NCBI GenBank assembly: GCA_040255465.1
Contig: JBDZVA010000002.1
Span: 346,373-410,372, forward strand
DNA from: Planctomycetaceae bacterium
Lineage (GTDB): Bacteria; Planctomycetota; Phycisphaerae; Phycisphaerales; UBA5793
Direction of reading: 5' to 3'
Length of the DNA: 64,000 bases
The notes below the pieces were generated by a model. That model was not told where the DNA came from. It did no database searches and worked only from the letters and a program-made list of their open reading frames with translations. Shown here in pieces: positions 45,267 through 54,032 of this stretch. Numbering within the stretch: the stretch's first letter is position 1; each line of letters starts with the position of its first letter. Position numbers and translations under genes: made by a program.

Positions 45267-46217
45267 ATGATCGCGATGCTCATTCGCCGACTCCTGCAGG
45301 TGCCGGTCATCCTGTTGGTGATCTACACCGTGACATTCACGCTGGCGTGGTTGCTGCCGGGCAATCCGCTCGAACGGGAAGGACGACGTCCCGACGTTGC
45401 GGTGCAGGATGCGATGAAGGCGCAATACAACCTCGACAAACCCTTGACGTTCTACGTGTCCTACCTGGATCAGGCGTCGGGGCTGGCGTGGTTGCGCGGT
45501 GATTCGGAGAAGGTTTTCAATCTGGGCCCTTGCCTGCAGTACCAGGACTGGAGCACCAACGAACTCATCGGCGGCGCCCTGCCGGTGAGCATCGTGCTGG
45601 GGATCGTGGCGCTGGTCTTCGCGGTGACGATCGGATTGGCGTCGGGGATTGTCGGCGCGGTGCGGCCGGGCAGTTGGATGGATGTGGCGACGTTGCTCAT
45701 CGCGCTGCTGGGGATCAGCCTGCCGAGTTTTGTGATCGGCACGGCGCTGCTCATCGTGTTCGCGGTGTGGTTTGAGTTTGTGCACGTGGCGCACTGGGGC
45801 TCGCCGCGCGACCTGCTGCTGCCGGCGCTGACGCTGAGTCTGCCTTTTGCCGCGTACATTGCGCGCCTCACGCGGCTGGGCATGATTGATGTGCTGCAGT
45901 CTGATTTCATCCGCACGGCGCGGGCCAAGGGCGTGTCGGAGACGCGCATCGTGCTGCGGCACGCGCTCAAGGTGGCGTTCCTGCCGGTGCTGAGTTATCT
46001 CGGGCCGGCGGCGGCGTATGTCATGACGGGCTCGTTTGTGGTTGAGAAGGTGTTCAACGTGCCGGGTTTGGGTCAGCACTTCGTCAATTCGGTGCTCAAC
46101 AAGGACCTGTTCGTCATCATGGGCATTGTGCTGACGTATTCGACGATGCTCGTGCTCTTCAACCTGGCGGTGGACGTGATGTACCGTTGGGTCGATCCGC
46201 GCATCGAGTTTGCCTGA
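45267..46217 (+). CDS. ABC transporter permease (DppB/OppB-type)
   Basis: MLIRRLLQVPVILLVIYTVTF, the EAA-loop region FIRTARAKGVSE...HALK and C-terminal VDVMYRWVDPRI are typical of DppB/OppB. Confidence 0.9.
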   Translation: MIAMLIRRLLQVPVILLVIYTVTFTLAWLLPGNPLEREGRRPDVAVQDAMKAQYNLDKPLTFYVSYLDQASGLAWLRGDSEKVFNLGPCLQYQDWSTNELIGGALPVSIVLGIVALVFAVTIGLASGIVGAVRPGSWMDVATLLIALLGISLPSFVIGTALLIVFAVWFEFVHVAHWGSPRDLLLPALTLSLPFAAYIARLTRLGMIDVLQSDFIRTARAKGVSETRIVLRHALKVAFLPVLSYLGPAAAYVMTGSFVVEKVFNVPGLGQHFVNSVLNKDLFVIMGIVLTYSTMLVLFNLAVDVMYRWVDPRIEFA

Positions 46218-46231
46218 GCATCGGAGCCGCC

Positions 46232-46660
46232 ATGTCTGGACCGTCTGACTCCAATCCTGTTGATCCGCTCGAAACGCGCTGGGATCTCGAACACTCGACT
46301 CCGTCGCTGCGCATCATCACGATGCCCAAGGATACGAATAACCTCGGATCGATTTTCGGCGGCGTGATTCTGAGCTACATCGACCAGGCGGGGTACGTCG
46401 AGGCTCGCAAGCAGGGGCCGTACCGCTGGGTGACCGTGGCGATGGAAAAGGTCATCTTCCACGCGCCGGTCCACGTGGGCGACATCGTCAACCTGCACAC
46501 GCAAACGATCCGCGTGGGAACGACGAGCATCACCGTGCGGGTGCTCGTGCAGGTGGAGCGGTTTGTCAGCCGTGAGATTGTCGATGTGACCGAAGCGCAG
46601 ATGACGTTCGTGGCGGTGGATGAATCAGGTCGTCCGACGCCGGTCGTGGAGACCGCTTAG
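46232..46660 (+). CDS. Acyl-CoA thioesterase (hotdog fold, YciA-like)
   Basis: MPKDTNNLGSIFGGVILSYIDQAG and FHAPVHVGD are typical of the YciA/Acot-type hotdog fold. Confidence 0.8.
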   Translation: MSGPSDSNPVDPLETRWDLEHSTPSLRIITMPKDTNNLGSIFGGVILSYIDQAGYVEARKQGPYRWVTVAMEKVIFHAPVHVGDIVNLHTQTIRVGTTSITVRVLVQVERFVSREIVDVTEAQMTFVAVDESGRPTPVVETA

Positions 46661-47364
46661 GCCCTGTTGCAGAGTCGATCGACGACGTGGCGCGGCCAGT
46701 GTTCGAGGTAGGTTCGGGCCCACTGGAGCTGGCTCTCAAACTGCTGCGGTTTCCAGCGGCGGTGGCCATCCGTCAGCAGGATCGTTGACTGCTCCATGTC
46801 GATGCCCGGTGGACGGGTGGCCAGCAGGAACTCCATCATGCGCGGGTCGATCAGGTCGTACGCAAATCGCTTGTCGGGCGACTTGACGAAGAACGCCTTG
46901 CTGAACTCGGACGACTCGAAGTCGATGTCATCAAAGCCGATGGCGGACTTGATCTTGTCGAAGAACCCTTCGGGCCGAATGAGCACATCGGGTACGCCGA
47001 CATAGGGCAGATGCAGGATCGCAAAGCTGAATCGATACGTCGTGGTCTGCGTCGTCTTTCCGTTCGACGTGGTGATCTTGTATTCGTAGTCGCCGAGCAA
47101 CACGCGCAGTGCCTGCTCGGCGCATGTGAGTGTGCCGGCCATGGTGTTGAAGGCGCAGCGGCTGTGCCCCTGTCGAAAGATCTCGAAGTGGGGGTAGCGG
47201 GCATCGTGCGATGTGTCGCGCCTCGGGCTGAACTCAAAGCCGAGCCGCTGCGCAAGCGCGGCCAGCTCCTGGGTGCGCTGCCGTTCCGCCTTCCAGGCGA
47301 AGTACGCGATGACGGCGACGATTACGATGACCGGGATAATGAGCAGGATGCCCAGCCCTTCCAC
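46657..47364 (-). CDS. DUF3137-like membrane-anchored protein
   Basis: An N-terminal TM helix (ILLIIPVIVIVAVIAYFAW) is followed by a globular domain with FEFSP..., RFSFAILHLP, IRPEGFFDK, DFESSEFSKAFFVKS and LIDPRMMEFL, which resembles DUF3137 as I remember it. Confidence 0.55.
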   Translation of the reverse strand: MEGLGILLIIPVIVIVAVIAYFAWKAERQRTQELAALAQRLGFEFSPRRDTSHDARYPHFEIFRQGHSRCAFNTMAGTLTCAEQALRVLLGDYEYKITTSNGKTTQTTTYRFSFAILHLPYVGVPDVLIRPEGFFDKIKSAIGFDDIDFESSEFSKAFFVKSPDKRFAYDLIDPRMMEFLLATRPPGIDMEQSTILLTDGHRRWKPQQFESQLQWARTYLEHWPRHVVDRLCNRA

Positions 47365-47365
47365 G

Positions 47366-48454
47366 TCACACCTCCTTCCCGGCGCGGTCTGAGGGTCGAT
47401 CCGATTCGACCGGCGCGGAGATGAGTGCGGTGAGGCGCGCGATGCGATCCTGCAGCGGAGGATGCGTGCGAAAGACGCTGTCGAGCTGGTGGCCGTCGTT
47501 CTTCAGGGCGTTTCGCAGTGGATTGACGATGTAGAGGTGTGAGGTGGCGCGGTTCGCGACTTCGAGCGGTTCGCGGCAGGCGCCGAGCTTCTGCAACGCG
47601 GAAATCAATCCCTGTGGGTAGCGCGTCAACTCGACGGCCCCTGCGTCTGCCAGGTACTCGCGCTCGCGACTGACCGCCATGCGGATCAGCATGGCCAGCG
47701 TCGGGGCGATGATCATCAGGATGATCGAGACGACGAAAACGATGAGCATGAGGACGGCTGCGCCCTTGTTGTCGCTGTCACTGCGCCGCGACGAGCGACG
47801 ACCGCCGCCGTACCAGAAGTGCAGGCGCATCATCTGGAGGACGGCGTCAGAAGCGAAGACGATCAGGCCGACCATCGTCGCCATGAGCATGGCGAAGCGG
47901 ATGTCGTAGAAGCGAATGTGGGAAAACTCGTGAGCCATGACGCCGGCGAGTTCATCGCGGCTGAGTTGAGCGCGCAGACCCTTGGTGATGGCGACCGCGG
48001 CGTGCTCGGGGTCGCGGCCGGTGGCGAAGGCGTTGAGCGCGGTGTCATCGATGACATAGACCTTCGGCGGGGGGATGCCCGCGGCGATGGCGAGTTCTTC
48101 GACGACGTTGTACAACTGCGGGTCGTCCTTTTTCTCGATCTCTTTGGCGCCCGACAGGGCCAGGATGGCGTTTGAGCCGCCGTAGAAGCTCCACACGCCC
48201 GCGAGCGAGGCGACGATGGCCGAGGCGATGCCTCCGAGGATCAGCGACTGGACGAGATTGACCTGGTCCCGCGCCGCCCCGGTGTAGACGCCGAGGATCA
48301 CGGTCACGGCCATGCCGACGAGGATGACAAGCAGGCCCATGCCGAGCATGAGCAGCGCGCTGCGGCGCTTGTTGCGACGAATCAGATCAGGAAACGTCAC
48401 ATTGGCGGGCAAGCCGTGGATCGCCGGATTGTCGGTGTGAATGACGTCGGACAT
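47366..48454 (-). CDS. M48-family zinc metallopeptidase (HtpX-like)
   Basis: HEXXH in GVMAHEFSHI, TM helices flanking the catalytic domain, and a downstream E in REREYLADAGAVELT. The stop of this gene and the start of the DUF3137-like gene are 1 nt apart. Confidence 0.85.
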   Translation of the reverse strand: MSDVIHTDNPAIHGLPANVTFPDLIRRNKRRSALLMLGMGLLVILVGMAVTVILGVYTGAARDQVNLVQSLILGGIASAIVASLAGVWSFYGGSNAILALSGAKEIEKKDDPQLYNVVEELAIAAGIPPPKVYVIDDTALNAFATGRDPEHAAVAITKGLRAQLSRDELAGVMAHEFSHIRFYDIRFAMLMATMVGLIVFASDAVLQMMRLHFWYGGGRRSSRRSDSDNKGAAVLMLIVFVVSIILMIIAPTLAMLIRMAVSREREYLADAGAVELTRYPQGLISALQKLGACREPLEVANRATSHLYIVNPLRNALKNDGHQLDSVFRTHPPLQDRIARLTALISAPVESDRPSDRAGKEV

Positions 48455-48539
48455 GGGAAAGGCGAGGCAACAGGCACTGGGGGCCAGGCGCTAGTTGAGT
48501 CTGGCTGGACTGGTGAAAAAAGTCGGTCGCACCACGCGA

Positions 48540-49106
48540 TCAGAACTGCACCTTGGGCGCTTCGCGCTCGGCCTGGTTCTCGAGTTCGAAGTATTCCTTT
48601 TCTTTGAAGCCCATGAGGCCGGCGATGAGCACGCCGGGGAAGACGCCGATGGCCTCGTTGTACTGCTGGGAGCTGCGGTTGTAGTGCTGGCGCGAGAAGC
48701 CGATCTTGTTCTCGGTGCTGGTGAGTTCTTCCTGCAGGGCGAGGAAGTTCTGGTTGGCCTTGAGCTCGGGGTAGGCCTCGCTGAGGACCATGAGCCGGCC
48801 GAGCACCTGGCTCAGTTCACCCTCGGCCTGGGCCTTGGCGGCCACGCCTGAGGTATTCACGGCCTTGGCGCGAGCGGAGATGACCGCGTCGAGGGTTTGC
48901 TTTTCGTGGCCGGCGTAGCCCTTGACGGTTTCGACGAGGTTGGGTATCAGGTCGTGGCGACGCTTGAGCTGGACGTCGATATCCGACCAGGCGGCCTCTG
49001 CGGCAATCTCCTTGCGTTTGATGCCGTTGAAGATCCCGATGGCCCACAGGAAGAAGAGAACGAAGGCGCCGAAGAAGACAAGCAGAACGATCACGGCTGG
49101 TGCCAC
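48540..49106 (-). CDS. LemA family protein (copy 2)
   Basis: A TM helix is followed by AAWSDIDVQLKRRHDLIPNLVETVKGYAGHE and EAYPELKA. Confidence 0.9.
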   Translation of the reverse strand: MAPAVIVLLVFFGAFVLFFLWAIGIFNGIKRKEIAAEAAWSDIDVQLKRRHDLIPNLVETVKGYAGHEKQTLDAVISARAKAVNTSGVAAKAQAEGELSQVLGRLMVLSEAYPELKANQNFLALQEELTSTENKIGFSRQHYNRSSQQYNEAIGVFPGVLIAGLMGFKEKEYFELENQAEREAPKVQF

Positions 49107-49263
49107 GGTGTGCTCCTTTCAGAGGCAAGAGGGGCGTGCGAACAAAGTAGCATCATGGCTTTGTATGGAAAAAGCAAGCCCGGATGCGCGGGGCGTCTCG
49201 TGGGGCGGGTGTCGGGACACGTCAGGGCACTTGCCCGTTTCCGCGGGCAAGGTAGCATGAGCC

Positions 49264-50694
49264 ATGAACGAACCGCACCGGAGCGTCGTGGTTGACCAGG
49301 TGAACTGGAGCGGCATCCTGCTCATCAGCCGCATCCCCAGGGCTCTGGCGCTGTCGTTTCAGCCCAGTCGGGTCATCATGGGATTTGTCATTGTCGTGAT
49401 GCTCATGGCGTCAGGGACGATCTGGGACGGGTTGGCTGGAAAACAGGTAGGGCCGGGCGGTCTTGGTTCGCCGCCGATGGCCGATCCGGCGCTGCGTGAC
49501 GATCTTCGACTGCTCCTCGCCGACCCGGCACTGATCCGGACCGATCGCGCCGAGGCGATCAGAAGCGCCGAGGTATTGAGCGCAGCCAATGTGCGGGCCG
49601 CAGTGCTCGAAACCTACCGTGAGAAGTCGCTGGAGGATCAACAGCGTGATCGCGTGGTCGTTGCCGAGGCCCTGGCTCGCTTGAAGCTGGTCGCCCCCAA
49701 GGGTGTGTTTGAGGCGACGGCGGAGGCGGTTGTGGCGCGGTGTCACGGCGTGCTCAACGCGGCTCTGCACCTGAACCTCGGCGGCATCGCGGACGAGCTG
49801 GCGGCCGCTGCACGGATGATCGGGATCCTTCTCCATGAATATCTGCTCTTCACGATCGTGTTCGGGCTGTGGACTCTGGTCATCGGCATGATTGGCGTCG
49901 CGACGATCTCGCGCACCGCCGCGTGCCAGTTTGCGATCGAGCAATACATTACCTGGACGACGGCGCTGGCGTATGCCCTGAAGCGGTGGATTCCCGTTCT
50001 GGGCACGATCGGACTGCCGCTTGTGGCGCTGGCGCTGGGCGCGATCGCATTGGCGGTGGGCGGGTTACTGCTCGCCGTACCGGGGCTCAATGTCATCGGC
50101 GGTGTGCTCTATGGGCTCGCTCTCTTTGGCGGAACGATTGCGGCGTGTCTGATCCTGCTCACGCTGCTCGCCTCGGCGCTGTTCATACCGGCGGTGGCGG
50201 TGGAGTCGGCGGATGCGCCCGACGCGCTGGCTCGCGGGTTCTCATTTGTGCGCAACCGACCACTGCACTGGATCGTGTACGTGATTGCGGCGTTTATTCA
50301 AGGTGTGTTCGGTCTTCTTATCGTCACGCTTGTGGCGTCGCTGGCGCTGAATTTCACGGCGTGGGGTGCGAGTTTGTTTGTGACCTCTCCCGCCGTCGAG
50401 GCCGTGGGCGGAGGGGCCAGCATCGATCACCTGCTGCCGCTCAGCGAGGGGTGGTCGCTCTCGGGTACGCAGCGCATCACGGGCGGTCTTCTCGTGTTGT
50501 GGCGAACGGTGGTCGGCGGTATGGTGGCGGGTTGGGTGGGGTCGTATTTCGCTTGCGCGACCACGGTGCTCTATTTCCTGATGCGCAAAGCGACGGACGA
50601 CCAGGATCTCGAGGAAATCTGGCAGCCGGGCTTGATCGAGGGGACGATGGCGCCGGGCCGGGCTTCGGTCGTGGACGCCGGCGAAGCGTCCTGA
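49264..50694 (+). CDS. Hypothetical polytopic membrane protein
   Basis: At least six long hydrophobic segments follow a soluble helical region of about 130 aa. No motif was recognised. Confidence 0.6.
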   Translation: MNEPHRSVVVDQVNWSGILLISRIPRALALSFQPSRVIMGFVIVVMLMASGTIWDGLAGKQVGPGGLGSPPMADPALRDDLRLLLADPALIRTDRAEAIRSAEVLSAANVRAAVLETYREKSLEDQQRDRVVVAEALARLKLVAPKGVFEATAEAVVARCHGVLNAALHLNLGGIADELAAAARMIGILLHEYLLFTIVFGLWTLVIGMIGVATISRTAACQFAIEQYITWTTALAYALKRWIPVLGTIGLPLVALALGAIALAVGGLLLAVPGLNVIGGVLYGLALFGGTIAACLILLTLLASALFIPAVAVESADAPDALARGFSFVRNRPLHWIVYVIAAFIQGVFGLLIVTLVASLALNFTAWGASLFVTSPAVEAVGGGASIDHLLPLSEGWSLSGTQRITGGLLVLWRTVVGGMVAGWVGSYFACATTVLYFLMRKATDDQDLEEIWQPGLIEGTMAPGRASVVDAGEAS

Positions 50695-50749
50695 GACGGC
50701 GGACATGGTTCTGCGGATGACTGGTGGAATCGGCCGATACCATCAGTCC

Positions 50750-52588
50750 ATGCCAGACTCTTCTGTTCACGCCGCCGGTCCGTTTACGCTCGCTCATGTC
50801 ACGCACGAAGCCGTCGAAAAGATGGGCGGCATCGGCACCGTGCTCGAAGGCATGATGACCAGCGCGGTGTACCAGTCGGCGGTTCGGCGGTCGATCCTCA
50901 TCGGCCCCATGGGTGGGCATCACTTTGAGAGCCCGCTGCGGCGGCTTGGGCCGCATGTGAATGTCCGGTACAGCAGCGCGGACAACATCGACTTTGACGG
51001 GCTGGGTCGCAAGTTCCACCCGATCCAGTGGGCCTTTGGGGTGCACATCGCCTACGGCATCCGCTCGTACGAGAAGAATGGCTACGACCGCGACGGCAGC
51101 GCCGAGGTGTTGCTCATTGATGTGTCGAATCCGAATCGCGAGCAACTGGCGATCTTCAAGATGCGGCTGTGGGATGAGTTCGGCATCGATGCGCGGCGCT
51201 ACGAGCACGACTGGGGTTTTGAGGAATACTGCCGCCTGGCTGAGCCCGCGTTCTATGCGCTTTCCGCCATTGTTCCTTCTGATGAACTGCCATGCATTAT
51301 CCTGAGTCATGAGTTCATGGGAATTTGCACGGCGCTCAAGTCAGTGATGGACGGCGGCGACGCCTTTCGCACCATCTTCCACGCCCACGAGTGCGCTACG
51401 GCGCGGCGCCTGACCGAGCATCACCCGGGCCACGACACCGCGTTTTACAACATGATGCGCCAAGGGGCGGCTAAGGGTCTGTACGTCGAGGATGTGTTCG
51501 GCGATCAGTCGAACTTCATGCGGCACGCGCTCATTTCCAGAGCGCATGAACTGGACGCGATCATCGCCGTGGGCGACCCGACGGCCGAGGAGATGCGATT
51601 TCTCAATCCCGAAACCAGGCACGGGCGCGTGAACCTTGTCTACAACGGACTGCCCGCCTTCAACAGCGACTACGAGCAGGAGACGCAAAGCCGCCGACTC
51701 ATGGACGAGTGGGCCGAGCGTGTCATCGGGTATCGGCCTGATGTTCTGATGACGCACGTGGCGCGTCCTGTGATCAGCAAGGGGTTCTGGCGCGACCTCA
51801 AAGTCTGTTCGTATCTTGATGGAATGCTCGGAACCGAAGGAAGAACGGGGTTGCTGGTGATTCTCACCTGCGGCGCGCCGCCGCGCGGGCTCAATGAGGT
51901 GAACCGGATGGCCCGGGAATACGGATGGCCCTGGCAGCACCGCGAGGGGTATCCCGACCTCGCCGGCCCGGAGCTCGAACTCTTCCAACTCATCAAGCAG
52001 TTCAATGTCGGGCACACGAGTCTCAAGGTGATGCTGGTCAACCAGTTTGGCTGGAGTCGCGAAACGCTGGGCGACGCCGCAGCTGAGGAGATGAGCTTTG
52101 CCACCCTTCGGCAGGCGGCGGATGTGGAGTTTGGCCAGTCGGTGTATGAGCCGTTTGGGATTGCGCAGTTTGAGCCGCTGGGCAGCGGAGCGATCTGCGT
52201 CGCCAGCTCGGTGTGCGGCTGCGTCACCTCGTACCAGCACGTACTCACGCGGCTCGGCGAGGCGGCGATCGCCTTCGAGAACGTCATCGTCGCGGACTAC
52301 ACCAAGCTCGACCGCCCCATGACAATGGATGAACTGCGCGCGATGACCCAGCAGCAGCGCGACAAACTGGAGGATCGCGTGGCCCGGGAGGTCGCAACGG
52401 AACTGCACCGCCGACTCCCGCGCAGCGAGGCCGACGCGAAACGGCTGCTCGAAACGGGACGTGAACTGGCGGACGGCATGAGCTGGGACACGGTGATGGC
52501 CGAGGGCATGATCCCGCTGCTGACGCAGGTGGCGGCCCGGATTCGGGAGCAAGCCGCCAGTCCCGCTGCCGCTCAGCCGGCGCTATGA
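50750..52588 (+). CDS. Glycosyltransferase resembling eukaryotic-type (GT3-like) glycogen synthase
   Basis: The N-terminus HVTHEAVEKMGGIGTVLEGM parallels the GT3 E(V/C)ANKVGGIYTV motif. SHEFMGICTALK parallels the HEW-type segment. The C-terminal GQSVYEPFGIAQFEPLGSGAICVAS is the GT-B E-x7-E region. The listed ORF starts at 50705. Confidence 0.65.
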   Translation: MPDSSVHAAGPFTLAHVTHEAVEKMGGIGTVLEGMMTSAVYQSAVRRSILIGPMGGHHFESPLRRLGPHVNVRYSSADNIDFDGLGRKFHPIQWAFGVHIAYGIRSYEKNGYDRDGSAEVLLIDVSNPNREQLAIFKMRLWDEFGIDARRYEHDWGFEEYCRLAEPAFYALSAIVPSDELPCIILSHEFMGICTALKSVMDGGDAFRTIFHAHECATARRLTEHHPGHDTAFYNMMRQGAAKGLYVEDVFGDQSNFMRHALISRAHELDAIIAVGDPTAEEMRFLNPETRHGRVNLVYNGLPAFNSDYEQETQSRRLMDEWAERVIGYRPDVLMTHVARPVISKGFWRDLKVCSYLDGMLGTEGRTGLLVILTCGAPPRGLNEVNRMAREYGWPWQHREGYPDLAGPELELFQLIKQFNVGHTSLKVMLVNQFGWSRETLGDAAAEEMSFATLRQAADVEFGQSVYEPFGIAQFEPLGSGAICVASSVCGCVTSYQHVLTRLGEAAIAFENVIVADYTKLDRPMTMDELRAMTQQQRDKLEDRVAREVATELHRRLPRSEADAKRLLETGRELADGMSWDTVMAEGMIPLLTQVAARIREQAASPAAAQPAL

Positions 52589-52630
52589 TTTGCGACACGG
52601 CTGGATGGCAGCGCCTGCTGCGTTTGGAGT

Positions 52631-53980
52631 TTGATTATGCCCATGAGCGGCCCGGTTCTCACCCGGCGCATTCCCACGTTTCCCTACGGCGATCCCAAGA
52701 AGCGTCAGACCATCTGGTATGACGCCTACGTGAAGTCCGGCGGGTATGAATCGCTGCGCAAGGCGATTGACCAGGAGCCGGCGCAGATCGTCGACATGGT
52801 CAAGGATTCGAACCTGCGAGGTCGCGGCGGGGCCGGGTTCCCGTGCGGGTTGAAATGGACGTTTCTTCCCCGGGACTACGAGGGGCGGCGCTACCTGGCC
52901 GTCAACGCCGACGAGTCTGAGCCCGGCACGTTCAAGGATCGACTGATTCTGGACTTTGACCCGCACATGCTTCTTGAGGGCATTGCGATCTCGTGCTATG
53001 CGTGTAAGTTGCAGACCGCCTACATCTACATTCGCGGCGAGTACCACCACCAGGCGCACGTTCTTGAGAAGGCGATCGCCGAGGCGTACGACAAGGGCGT
53101 CTTCGGGGGCAAGGGGCTGCTGAGCGGGGCCAGTCCGTTCAAGGTGGACTGCTACCTGCACCGCGGGGCCGGAGCGTACATTTGCGGCGAGGAGACCGGC
53201 CTGCTCGAATCGCTCGAAGGCAAGCGCGGCTGGCCGCGCATCAAGCCGCCCTTCCCGGCGGTCAAGGGTCTGTTTGGCAAGCCGACGATCATCAACAATG
53301 TTGAGACACTCTGCTGTGTGCCGTTCATCGTCGAGCATGGGGTGGACTGGTTCAAGTCGCTCGGGTGTGAATCATCGATCAAGGGTCCGCCGAGTTACGG
53401 CACCAAACTGATGGGCGTGTCCGGCCACGTGAACCGGCCCGGCGTCTACGAGTGCGACCTCGGCATTCCACTGCGCCAACTCGTCGAGGAGTACTGCGGC
53501 GGAATGCGCCACGGCAAGAAGTTCAAGTCCGCAATAGCGGGCGGCATCTCCATGGGTGTGCTTGCCACGGATCAGTACGACGCCGAGATGGATTTTGACA
53601 TCGGCCGCAAGTATGAAGTGCTCGGGCTGGGTACGGCGTGTCCGACGATCTTTGACGAAGATACGGACATGGTCATGGTTGCGCGGAATATCACACGGTT
53701 CTTCAAGAACGAGTCGTGCGGTCAATGCACGCCGTGCCGCGAGGGGTCGGGCTGGATGTACAAACTCATGTGCCGCATCGAAGCGGGTGAAGCGAAGATG
53801 AAGGACCTTGACCTGCTGCTCGAATTGGCCGGCTCGATGGGCGCCATGCCGGGCACGACGATCTGCGGCCTGGCCGACGGGAACAACTGGGCAGTGCGCA
53901 CCATTGTCAACAAGTTCCGCAGCGAGTTCGAAGCCCGCGTCAGGCCCTCGTTTGTGCCGGTTACCGTTGGCGTGGGTTGA
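52631..53980 (+). CDS. nuoF: NADH-quinone oxidoreductase subunit F (51-kDa, FMN/NADH-binding)
   Basis: LRGRGGAGFPCGLKW, NADESEPGTFKDR, GAGAYICGEETGLLESLEG and ESCGQCTPCREG are all NuoF hallmarks. Confidence 0.95.
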   Translation: MIMPMSGPVLTRRIPTFPYGDPKKRQTIWYDAYVKSGGYESLRKAIDQEPAQIVDMVKDSNLRGRGGAGFPCGLKWTFLPRDYEGRRYLAVNADESEPGTFKDRLILDFDPHMLLEGIAISCYACKLQTAYIYIRGEYHHQAHVLEKAIAEAYDKGVFGGKGLLSGASPFKVDCYLHRGAGAYICGEETGLLESLEGKRGWPRIKPPFPAVKGLFGKPTIINNVETLCCVPFIVEHGVDWFKSLGCESSIKGPPSYGTKLMGVSGHVNRPGVYECDLGIPLRQLVEEYCGGMRHGKKFKSAIAGGISMGVLATDQYDAEMDFDIGRKYEVLGLGTACPTIFDEDTDMVMVARNITRFFKNESCGQCTPCREGSGWMYKLMCRIEAGEAKMKDLDLLLELAGSMGAMPGTTICGLADGNNWAVRTIVNKFRSEFEARVRPSFVPVTVGVG

Positions 53981-54032
53981 AGAGGCAGCTGGAGTTCGAC
54001 AAGCGGTCCTCGCACGGAAGGAGAACGTCACC

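Noticed and set aside
31237-52630. A single prophage or island insertion as the explanation for the nuoE-nuoF separation.
   Set aside because: I recognised no integrase, recombinase, phage structural genes, flanking direct repeats or tRNA at the borders. The content is a mixture of ordinary chromosomal functions on both strands.
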